This document shows positions 15,501 through 23,744 of a stretch of 29,827 bases of DNA, piece after piece (positions within the stretch are counted from its first letter, which is position 1; each line of letters begins with the position of its first letter). Source of the DNA: a virus (taxonomy: Duplodnaviria; Caudoviricetes); the IMG/VR virus record IMGVR_UViG_3300044911_002339, positions 1 through 29,827 of that record; one strand, written 5' to 3'. Under the pieces are notes generated by a model. It saw nothing but the letters and a program-made list of their open reading frames with translations, did not search any database and was not told the DNA's origin. The position numbers were made by a program, and so were the translations under genes.

Positions 15501-16110
15501 TCCATCTGGATTTTTATTCAAACAATCTGATATAAATTGGGTAGTTGATGGTGATCCAAATGTAAGTGAATCACAAAGAAAAACTCTTGGATTGACAAAA
15601 GAATTGAAATACAGATATGCTTTTTCCAGCGGTGATTTTAATTTATTAGAACCGTTTAGGGTAACAAAATATCTTCGTGGATTGGCAAGACTTGGTGTAT
15701 ACAATTCAAGTGGTGGAAGTTTCAATGAAAAATACTTCACACCAGCATCTATATTGATTCAAAAAATTAAGACAGGTAATCCAAACTATCCAACAAAACA
15801 ACAAAGACCTATTTATATCGGTGATGAATTAGTTCCACTTGAAGTTACGAATAAAACAACAATTCCTGGCGGAGCAACATTTGATGAAAACGGAAAACAA
15901 ATAAATAATGCAGATGCTGTAGAAGTTAAAGTTGTTAGAAAGGCTGAAACACGAATAACACCGGCAGGTACACCACTCGGTCTTGAAGGTTCAAAAACTG
16001 ATAGTGCAACTACATCAACTACAAAGACACCATTAAAATTTGGCGAAGGTGGTATAGCATACACTCCTTTACCAGTCCCAACAATTAAAATATCATTGGA
16101 GATAGGTTAA
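12556..16110 (+). CDS. Large putative virion protein with alternating beta-rich and helical-repeat segments
   Basis: 1184-aa ORF directly after the hub gene; repeated xxxLpPxL..I...LG motif. Confidence 0.85.
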   Translation: MGISWNKNLVKLIPGSATEPDKYEIEIFQGDTINLLDYVVFEPGGTKNALNTWKLTLVNAAHFTDNGPTDPGDLSQFSDSFYDDSEVTQYASKYALDWNAEIKPIPLSIPSIIIDKFGILETSSAVFRVASEIEVWVNFGKKVPGDLILDPPAGKPTDEIKKLTIKIKSNSFLGEGGLLNGVTGSIDAFVTDSLKYVTSALTGVVGFLGEGVAWGISQVEGLYPSGSKGYNEEDAKQKLEEEKDREASLFSTVIGYPFTALDFLTKKQNASLIKSGLKALSTSAKIYQLYAQGKSTIATTRLLANLRTLLDYEKLSPGLQIKVANFLGTNPKTIKRIIWVVNKILEIEQMVSDGNYDALQDYVLREAENVKSLDDLPKELREFATGEAFSELSPGSVVNKKLQIVDKDNLKLIVENPSYRKTEGNNIVLNQIIIKSINKEGDFIPIKSISIGKITSPGFVDGFTANELFYDYNTTRDICTITIPNTYGSETGADPISSGLFPNGSMELKINVDNTKYQQQYEGTNPIRSGVIPFQIDYKFIGNSIPRLVYRKFNAATKVYEEVNEDLPHILDRGEEVTETISYDNVIPGSWAEQNFGQNPITLEQGFDIAKNGLAVYNLYKKKQFLSIFDAVDFKNLPAPVQTFIFSTAALIGIDESEIIRYYEVLSGAKNLYELSTKGFQHYNSLPPELKAKISKQLGVSEEVLGDVIPIAGDITDLISGKRFNGPGEKEKFAEGLFDKVGQSLLNKWGPNAEVWENYNAYDKKTGKVTPGGGTLDPKMKQTIALSLGFTNIKEAPKPHKDDPVSGKPITHTEVNGLAIIKCGIAIDKALKFKNSLAKGISVKNRLLQKYEQVKNSPNLIEDEALLTGVYDELVDTREDFEKEDFFNDIYDSAKELTEDPYADLLDSAGSLPPGVPGAGDPNWRQKYNVEDRYVVEDSTGAPPSGVKGVLQYGTYIIYTHPWIEDIGQNPETGLPVFTGTPPSGFLFKQSDINWVVDGDPNVSESQRKTLGLTKELKYRYAFSSGDFNLLEPFRVTKYLRGLARLGVYNSSGGSFNEKYFTPASILIQKIKTGNPNYPTKQQRPIYIGDELVPLEVTNKTTIPGGATFDENGKQINNADAVEVKVVRKAETRITPAGTPLGLEGSKTDSATTSTTKTPLKFGEGGIAYTPLPVPTIKISLEIG

Positions 16111-18309
16111 ATGGCAAAGGTTACATTTGAATTTGATAATGAAGGGTATATCAATGTTCGTGGTGAAAAATACTCTGCACTTGAAATAGTAAATGATGCA
16201 GGTGATACTGCATTGGATTGGATGTTAGCATCTGATAATGCTGAATTAGTTGCACTTGCAAGTACATGGGGATTGACTCCAGATAAAGATGATAAAACTG
16301 GATCGGTAGAAGAAAAACCTGCAGATGATCCTGAAAATGAAGGAAATGTAGATGAGGCAGTTGATAAGTCTGATACAGGTAGTGGTGGATTATCCAATGA
16401 AGAAATTACAAGTTTAACTGATAAACTTAATATATTGTTTGGGTATAAAGTTGTTAAAGGTGTTGTTCAAAAAGATAAAAATGGAAAACCAGTTATAGCA
16501 AACCAAAAGGCCGCCATTAAAATTACAGGTGGTGCTGAACCAAAAATACAAGCAGACGGAACCATTGATATTGCAGGTGATGTTACCATAAATTTAGTTT
16601 CAGGGAATAAATCATTACCGTCTGTAAAAGATGGTAAATTTACTGTAAAATTTGGAATTATTGGTGGTAATTTTATATGTAGAAGTGTAAAACTTTCATC
16701 ACTCGAAGGTGGTCCTAAAAAAGTCAATGGTCAATTTGATATTTCAAAAAATGAATTAACTTCATTAGTTGGTTCTCCAAATGAAGTTGGTAGTTTTTTT
16801 GCTACTGATAATAAAAAATTAACATCATTGGCAGGTGGACCAAAAATAATAAAGGGAATAACTGATACAAATAAAAGTCAAAAAGAATATATCTATGATG
16901 TATCTGGTTGTGGATTAACAACATTAGAAGGAAATGGAATAACTTCTTTTGGTCCAGGCGGATTTAATTGTGGTGGTAATAAGATTACAAGTTTAGCAGG
17001 TTTGGGTGTTGTTACTTCAACTGGTGTAACACGATTTGATTGTTCTAACAATCAATTAACATCATTGAATGGAATACCAAAACCTATAAAAGATGTAAAA
17101 ACCGGTAGACCTGGTAACTATTGGATAAGCAATAACATTCAAATAACAGTATTTCCTGTTAATATGGCAGATTTTGAAGTTGATGGCTTTGTTGCAAGTG
17201 GGTTATCATTAACATCACTTTCTTTTGCACCAAAACAAATATATGGAGATTTTGACTGTTCTGGCAATAAAGGTGCAAAAAAACTTACAAATCAAAGTAT
17301 TGGTAAGGACAGGTTTGTATCTGGCGGTGGATTTGAAGCTGATGCTGGAAATCGTATTGTAAAAATAGATGGTGAATTTATTACAAGTGAAGGATCATGG
17401 AAAGATAAAACTTATGATGTTAATACAACATTTAAGAAATCCGAAACACAAACACAATCAGGACTTGCAGGGCTAGCTCCATTAGGTTCTGGATCAATAG
17501 GTGGTGTTGAATATATTGAAAATCCAACTAAAAAATTAAGTTCTGGTAAACCATCTAGACTTTGGTTACAAAAATTCAATCCATCCAATTTGAGAGCTGG
17601 TTATACTGCACCAAAAGCAGTTGGCAAAAATCAAATTGGAGAAAACAAATATCCATTTGGTTCAAAAAACACAGGTGGTTGGGTTGCAGCCGGATTCAAA
17701 AATTTCATAAATGCAGGACCATTTGAAGGATCTACTAATCCAACGTGGGGTTCGGGACAACCAAATGGTTTATTTATAGTTGATGGGAAAAATTATGGAT
17801 CAAAATTGGCAGAGGCAAAAAATCTAAATAGTAACAATTCTGATATGCGATTTTTACCAATGGTTGTTGTTAAACCAAATCCTAACATAATATCAGATGG
17901 GTATGCAACAGAGGTAAGACCAGGTTCAACTGATGGCATACTTAAAAAAGGATGGGGTAATATACAAGTTGGAATACCGATGTATAACATTTGTATACGA
18001 AATAATGCAGTAAAAGATGTTCATGCATCATTCAAAAAGCATTCTGGATGGCCGTTTATTGGAATACTTGGATCTGGAATGTGGTTTGCTGGTGCAACAG
18101 ATATGGATGGTCCAAGAACATCAACTACTAGTTGGAATATACCAGAAATTTCAAATGCAGTTTTGAATCATTTTAATAAAAAAGGTGATACTGTAACAAT
18201 TATGTCAGGCGGTGATGGCGGAGGATCAACAAAACTTGTTGTCAATGGACAACTAGTTGGAGGATCTTTGGCAGAAAATAGAGCAGTTCCAACTATTTTA
18301 GCGTGGTAA
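16111..18309 (+). CDS. Putative virion protein: shared N-terminal domain, LRR solenoid, phosphodiester glycosidase-like C-terminal domain
   Basis: LSSLEGGP, LTSLVGSP, LTSLAGGP, LTTLEG, LTSLNGIP, LTSLSFAP repeats; FINAGPF, PNGLFIVDG, GGDGGGSTKLVV, RAVPTIL. Confidence 0.8.
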   Translation: MAKVTFEFDNEGYINVRGEKYSALEIVNDAGDTALDWMLASDNAELVALASTWGLTPDKDDKTGSVEEKPADDPENEGNVDEAVDKSDTGSGGLSNEEITSLTDKLNILFGYKVVKGVVQKDKNGKPVIANQKAAIKITGGAEPKIQADGTIDIAGDVTINLVSGNKSLPSVKDGKFTVKFGIIGGNFICRSVKLSSLEGGPKKVNGQFDISKNELTSLVGSPNEVGSFFATDNKKLTSLAGGPKIIKGITDTNKSQKEYIYDVSGCGLTTLEGNGITSFGPGGFNCGGNKITSLAGLGVVTSTGVTRFDCSNNQLTSLNGIPKPIKDVKTGRPGNYWISNNIQITVFPVNMADFEVDGFVASGLSLTSLSFAPKQIYGDFDCSGNKGAKKLTNQSIGKDRFVSGGGFEADAGNRIVKIDGEFITSEGSWKDKTYDVNTTFKKSETQTQSGLAGLAPLGSGSIGGVEYIENPTKKLSSGKPSRLWLQKFNPSNLRAGYTAPKAVGKNQIGENKYPFGSKNTGGWVAAGFKNFINAGPFEGSTNPTWGSGQPNGLFIVDGKNYGSKLAEAKNLNSNNSDMRFLPMVVVKPNPNIISDGYATEVRPGSTDGILKKGWGNIQVGIPMYNICIRNNAVKDVHASFKKHSGWPFIGILGSGMWFAGATDMDGPRTSTTSWNIPEISNAVLNHFNKKGDTVTIMSGGDGGGSTKLVVNGQLVGGSLAENRAVPTILAW

Positions 18310-18333
18310 TTAAAATAATAACAGAGAAATCAT

Positions 18334-20883
18334 ATGCCAAGAACAGTAAATGATATAGAACAAGATAGTGCTCCTGATATTAGGGTTGCTAGACGTGCAC
18401 TGAATAGCAATTTACAGGATAACACTAAAATTGATAGAGTTTCTGATGAAGTAAAAGATGATCAATCTAATAAAAGAACTGATGATGATGGTGGTCAAGA
18501 TAAATCAAAAAATCCAGATAGTGTTTTCTATAAAGGAGACGATAATACATCTGAAGGTAATGACAGTTCTGGTGGAAATGATGATAGTTCTGATGATGAA
18601 AACTTAGGTAATTTTGTCAGAGATTTATTCGGAGATAAAAAAGATGATGATGAGGAAATTGAAAAACCCGCTGATAGGGGACCAACAAATGAAGAACTTG
18701 ATAACGAAGAACCCGGTGGCAACGAACAATCAGGCGAAGAAGCCAATGAAGAAAGAACAGGACAATTTGGTTCAAATGTCAATTCCGGTGATGACAATAC
18801 AAACGATCCACAAAAACAAGATGAAAAAGTTAGTATAAATTTCTCCCGAAGAAATAGAAGTAAAGGTGTTACAGTAACATATAATGGTGTAACATATCAG
18901 GTAGATACAAAGGGAACCGAATCTGATGTTGATATGGGTGGTTTACAAGAATGGTTAGATGATACATTTACTATTGGATCAACTGTAATAAATCTTTCTG
19001 AATTTTCAAGTAAGTCTGATTCTGAAAAATTAGAAATTGTTAAAAATGCTTTGGGTGAATCTGGTACACCAACAACTCCACCATCTGGAAAAAAATACAA
19101 TGCTAATGGACTAGCTTGGTTTGTAAAAAGAGATTCTAAATATGGTGCCCGTGTTAGTATAGCCGATCCAGATGACACGAAAAAAAGTATATTTTTTGAT
19201 GATACCGGCAATATAACGGTGAAAGATGTAACGTATACGGCAAAAGAAGTATTTTATGAAAACGAATCTGCAGTTGCTTGGTTAAAAAAACAAGTTGATG
19301 ATACAAAATCAGAGGAATTGGCAGCACTTTATGCAGGATGGGGCTTTACACCAGATGCACCGCCGGCTGATATACCGAAAGATGAAAACCCAGCAACAAA
19401 TCCTGATGATCCTGAGAAAAAATTTGAACCAAAATTAAAAGAAAATACAACACCAGAAGGTGCACCAACAAATGTAGAAAATAGTGCTGCACTTACAACT
19501 GGAAAATTAAGAGAACTTAATGGTAAAATTGTTGCTCCTGGTGCAAGTATCAATATGTGGGCATCACATATAGATTACAAAGTGCCAAAATATCCAACAT
19601 CAACTGGATATTATGGTATTCGTGATCAAAAAGCAAAAACAGATGGATTGGGATTCGCAAAAGACGAATACAATATCGAAACAAAACTTGTTGGTGCTGT
19701 AAAAGTTTATTTTAATGCTCAATGGGAAAAGTTAATATCCGGTACTCCAATTCCTGTTGCAAAAAAATCTGAAGATCTAAATTTAATAGATTATCCAATA
19801 ATAATGAATTTTACAGAAGTTGGTGTTTGGAATAAAAAAGTTCCTTATGTTGCTGATACACAAACAGAACAACATAGAATGTTATACAAAGGTTATAGTG
19901 GTGGGAGGTATAATATGGATAAATGGGGGATAGGATCTTACGGTGCCGGTGAAAATAAAGGTGGATTTGCCAATTGGTCTGAACAACCACACTGGTGTGG
20001 TATATTTACACAACATTGTATAAGTCATGGTGGATATACTTTTCCAGGAGAACCTGTTGGTTTAGCTGCTGCTAATAAAATTAACGATGTATATTTTAAT
20101 TCTTCACTTAAAAAATTAAAAGAAGTAGGATTAGAAGAAGCAAGTGAATGTTTTGCCAATGTTCCAACTTATTTGGATTCTGCTGGCAAAAGTATTCCAG
20201 TTAAAAAGTTTTTGGATAAAAAGGGATTTGGTGTAAAAGGTGGAAAAAGTGATTATTTTACAGATGTATATGGTATTCTTTTAGAAAGTGCAACTTATTC
20301 AGAGACAACTGAAACAGAAGTTGTTATGATTCCAGATGGTAATAAATTAAAACCAAAAAAGAAAACAAAAGTAAATAGAGAAAAAATACCTGTTGCAGTT
20401 CGAGAATCATTATTACCAAATCCAATAATGGTATACTTTATAGGTGGTATTCATTTTACAAAAGATGGATTAACTTCACAAGGAAAAAAATTATTAGAAC
20501 ATTTTTTATCACAAAGAGGGTGGGAAGTTTCTATAATAAGTCGTGGTGGACACATTGAAGTTTGTCCTTATATTAACCCTGATGGCACTATCGCTCGTTT
20601 TGGAGGAAACACTGGTGCAAGTTCATTTGTTAGTAGAGACGGTGGAAAATTTGCTGCAAAAGGTAGTTCAATATGGGCTTTTAGTGGTGGTGCAAAAGCT
20701 GGAACATTTGTTGTATTTACAAAAGTTGTTCCAAAGGCTGGATCTCAAAAAGTTGAACCAACAATGAACGGACAATTCAGAAGAACGCCGATTGTTGATA
20801 GTTATTATAGAAGCATAGATAACAAAACCATATTACCAACATTAAAAAACGTTTTATATGATCAAATTGTTGAAAAAGAATAA
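18334..20883 (+). CDS. Putative virion peptidoglycan hydrolase (CHAP/NlpC-P60-like) with acidic disordered N-terminus
   Basis: PHWCGIF (Cys555), GGHIEV (His740), FGGNT. Confidence 0.7.
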   Translation: MPRTVNDIEQDSAPDIRVARRALNSNLQDNTKIDRVSDEVKDDQSNKRTDDDGGQDKSKNPDSVFYKGDDNTSEGNDSSGGNDDSSDDENLGNFVRDLFGDKKDDDEEIEKPADRGPTNEELDNEEPGGNEQSGEEANEERTGQFGSNVNSGDDNTNDPQKQDEKVSINFSRRNRSKGVTVTYNGVTYQVDTKGTESDVDMGGLQEWLDDTFTIGSTVINLSEFSSKSDSEKLEIVKNALGESGTPTTPPSGKKYNANGLAWFVKRDSKYGARVSIADPDDTKKSIFFDDTGNITVKDVTYTAKEVFYENESAVAWLKKQVDDTKSEELAALYAGWGFTPDAPPADIPKDENPATNPDDPEKKFEPKLKENTTPEGAPTNVENSAALTTGKLRELNGKIVAPGASINMWASHIDYKVPKYPTSTGYYGIRDQKAKTDGLGFAKDEYNIETKLVGAVKVYFNAQWEKLISGTPIPVAKKSEDLNLIDYPIIMNFTEVGVWNKKVPYVADTQTEQHRMLYKGYSGGRYNMDKWGIGSYGAGENKGGFANWSEQPHWCGIFTQHCISHGGYTFPGEPVGLAAANKINDVYFNSSLKKLKEVGLEEASECFANVPTYLDSAGKSIPVKKFLDKKGFGVKGGKSDYFTDVYGILLESATYSETTETEVVMIPDGNKLKPKKKTKVNREKIPVAVRESLLPNPIMVYFIGGIHFTKDGLTSQGKKLLEHFLSQRGWEVSIISRGGHIEVCPYINPDGTIARFGGNTGASSFVSRDGGKFAAKGSSIWAFSGGAKAGTFVVFTKVVPKAGSQKVEPTMNGQFRRTPIVDSYYRSIDNKTILPTLKNVLYDQIVEKE

Positions 20884-20895
20884 GGAGTTTTTAGT

Positions 20896-21324
20896 ATGAA
20901 CACGAAGAATTTTTTTACTAAAATAAGAGAAATAATTAGAGAAGAAATTGAATATGCTCTTGAAAAGAAAATATCTCAAAAGCAAACAAAAAAAGATGAT
21001 ATTTCTGCATTAAAACATGGTCTATCTATGTATAATGAATCACAATCAACGAAAAAAGTAGTAAAACCAAAACAACAAAAAAGTGAATTTGGTTCTATAA
21101 AAGAATTGTTAGCAGAAACAAAAAGAAGTCTTCAAGACAGTTATGAAATGGAAGATGAATTTAGCTTTACTGCAGATATGGCAGAAGGATTTGGAAATGA
21201 AAGAGTAGGATCGGCTATTCCAAATGGCTACAATAAAACAGAAATACCTAACGAAGTAATGAGTGCACTTACAAGAGATTATTCTGAACTTATGAAAAAA
21301 ATTGATGAAAAAAAAGGGAGATAA
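20896..21324 (+). CDS. Hypothetical protein of the baseplate region
   Basis: AGGAG SD; IREIIREEI N-terminus; ALTRDYSELMK C-terminus. Confidence 0.8.
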   Translation: MNTKNFFTKIREIIREEIEYALEKKISQKQTKKDDISALKHGLSMYNESQSTKKVVKPKQQKSEFGSIKELLAETKRSLQDSYEMEDEFSFTADMAEGFGNERVGSAIPNGYNKTEIPNEVMSALTRDYSELMKKIDEKKGR

Positions 21325-21327
21325 TAA

Positions 21328-21837
21328 TTGAGACCACTTTCAAGATCTGAAAATAGAATAAATTATTTTCAAAAACCTATAAACGAAGGAAACGCCACAC
21401 AAGGTAACAAATTTGTTGGTGTAACATTGCCTTTTAATAATCCAAAGGGTATTTTCTTTCAAAGTAGAACAAATGTAAAACAGTTGTTTTCAAATGTGAG
21501 AAACTTGTTATTAACAACAAGAGGTGAGAGATATATGATTCCTGATTTTGGAACAAATCTAAAAAATATATTGTTTGAAAACATAACAAGCGAAGATCAA
21601 TTTTTAGAAAGTATAAAATCAGATATTGTAGAGGCATTAAATACATGGATGCCTTTTTTAACAATAGAAAAATTAACAGTTAATATAAATCCAGATACAT
21701 CAAATTTAGCCGAAAATGATCATGCGATACAAATAGATTTAACTCTAAAACTTCGAGAAACAACAATATATTTACCAATAAGACTATTTATATCTACAAT
21801 AGGTAGAATTGAAATTGCGGCAATAGAGCCGCGGTGA
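21328..21837 (+). CDS. Baseplate wedge/sheath initiator (gp25-like)
   Basis: NVRNLLLTTRGERYMIPDFGTNLKNILFE; TTG start after GGGAG. Confidence 0.9.
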   Translation: MRPLSRSENRINYFQKPINEGNATQGNKFVGVTLPFNNPKGIFFQSRTNVKQLFSNVRNLLLTTRGERYMIPDFGTNLKNILFENITSEDQFLESIKSDIVEALNTWMPFLTIEKLTVNINPDTSNLAENDHAIQIDLTLKLRETTIYLPIRLFISTIGRIEIAAIEPR

Positions 21838-21854
21838 AAATATAGGTGATAAAA

Positions 21855-23744
21855 ATGGCTTTAATCCAAAAAGATATTCGTTATTCAAATAGAGATTTCA
21901 ATTCATTAAAAAAATCTTTGATAGATTTTTCCAAAAATTATTTTCCAGATACATACCAAGATTTCAATGAAACCTCACCGGGAATGTTATTTTTGGAAAT
22001 GGCAGCTTATGTTGGGGATGTTTTGTCATTTTATACAGATGTTACACTACAAGAATCAATGATTCTGTTTGCTAATGAACGTCAAAATATACTTAACATT
22101 GCACATTCTCTCGGTTATGCACCAAAAAATAGGGTTGCAGCAAATACCGTATTAGATGTTTTTCAAGTTGTTCCTGCAAAAAAAGTAGGTCTTGAAATAG
22201 TTCCAGATTATGATTATGCAATGGCAATAGAACCTGGAATGCGTGTATCACCAACAACCGATGGAACAATTACATTCAGAACAATAGATTATATTGATTT
22301 TAAGTCTAGTAGTAGTTTTGATTCAACAGAAGTAACTCCATATGAAATAGATAATACAACGGGAGAAGTTACATTTTGGCTTCTGAGAAAACAAGCGAAA
22401 GCTATTTCCGGAACAATTAGATCTTCAACATTTAGTGCGGGTGATCCAAAACCATACGATAAATTTACAATAGAAGAAACGGATATAATAGAAATACTCT
22501 ATGCAATAGATACAGAAGGAAACAAATGGGAACACGTTCCTAATTTGGCACAAGATACTGTATTTGAACCGGTGTTAAACATACCAAGAAATGATTCACA
22601 ATTAAGTAAATATAGATCAGAAACACCATACTTACTTAAATTGAGAAGAGTTCCTAGACGATTTACTTCAAGACAGATGGCAAATGGAAATGTGGAAATA
22701 CAGTTTGGTGCGGGAATCAGTGATGTAGATGATGAATTGTTAATTCCAAATCCAGATTTAGTCGGTGGTGCTTTGCCTATGACAAATCCAAATTTATCGA
22801 TAAACATAGATCCTTCAAACTTTTTGTATACAAAAACATATGGTCTTGCACCAAACAATACAACATTGACATTCTTCTATACAATCGGTGGTGGAACCGA
22901 AGACAATGTTCCAAGTGAAGTATTAAATAATGTTTTGAATAGAATAGTAATTTTAGATTCAACTGGATTGGATCCAGTGTTATATGGTCAAATTGTATCC
23001 AGTTTGGCTGTAACAAACCCAAGACCTGCAACAGGTGGTAAATTTCAAGAAGATATACAAGAGATTAGACAAAATGCCGTTGCTTCTTTTGCTGCACAAA
23101 ATCGTGCAGTTACAAAAGAAGATTACATAATCCGTGCTTATAGTCTACCATCAAAGTATGGTTCTATTGCAAAGGCATATATTACGAAAGATACTCAATT
23201 AACGAAGGATTCTATATTCAATAGTGATAGAGTTCAAAACGATTTAGCTCTAAACTTTTATGTTCTTGGTTATGACGTAAACGGTAAACTTACAACAGTA
23301 AACAATGCTACAAAGGAAAATCTAAAAAATTATTTGAATTGGTATAGAATACTAACAGATGCAATTAACATTAGAGATGCTTATATTATCAATGTAGGCG
23401 TAAATTTTGACATAATAACTTTACCTGATCAAAATTCAAACCAAGTTGTTCTTCGTTGTATTGAAAGATTGAAACAATACTTTGATGTAAACAAATGGCA
23501 AATAAATCAACCGATTGCAATAAGCAACATATACACAGAATTAGATAGGGTTCCTGGTGTTCAAACTGTTGTAAATGTTAAAATTAGAAATTTATCTGAT
23601 ACGAACTTGGGTTACTCTCCTCATGCCTATAACATAGAACAAGCAACAAAAGATGGTGTTTTGTTCCCGTCATTAGATCCATCTATTTTTGAAATAAAAT
23701 ATCCAAACAATGATATTGTTGGTAGAGCGAGGTCATTCGGATGA
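21855..23744 (+). CDS. Baseplate wedge subunit (gp6/baseplate J-like)
   Basis: RDFNSLK, DFNETSPGM, AYVGDVLSFYTD, IQFGAG, ATGG, AQNRAVTKEDY; ATG at 21855 follows AGGTGA. Confidence 0.9.
   Translation: MALIQKDIRYSNRDFNSLKKSLIDFSKNYFPDTYQDFNETSPGMLFLEMAAYVGDVLSFYTDVTLQESMILFANERQNILNIAHSLGYAPKNRVAANTVLDVFQVVPAKKVGLEIVPDYDYAMAIEPGMRVSPTTDGTITFRTIDYIDFKSSSSFDSTEVTPYEIDNTTGEVTFWLLRKQAKAISGTIRSSTFSAGDPKPYDKFTIEETDIIEILYAIDTEGNKWEHVPNLAQDTVFEPVLNIPRNDSQLSKYRSETPYLLKLRRVPRRFTSRQMANGNVEIQFGAGISDVDDELLIPNPDLVGGALPMTNPNLSINIDPSNFLYTKTYGLAPNNTTLTFFYTIGGGTEDNVPSEVLNNVLNRIVILDSTGLDPVLYGQIVSSLAVTNPRPATGGKFQEDIQEIRQNAVASFAAQNRAVTKEDYIIRAYSLPSKYGSIAKAYITKDTQLTKDSIFNSDRVQNDLALNFYVLGYDVNGKLTTVNNATKENLKNYLNWYRILTDAINIRDAYIINVGVNFDIITLPDQNSNQVVLRCIERLKQYFDVNKWQINQPIAISNIYTELDRVPGVQTVVNVKIRNLSDTNLGYSPHAYNIEQATKDGVLFPSLDPSIFEIKYPNNDIVGRARSFG

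Noticed and set aside
20000-20550. Intein in the CHAP insertion
   Set aside because: No C-terminal His-Asn followed by Cys/Ser/Thr and no LAGLIDADG motifs
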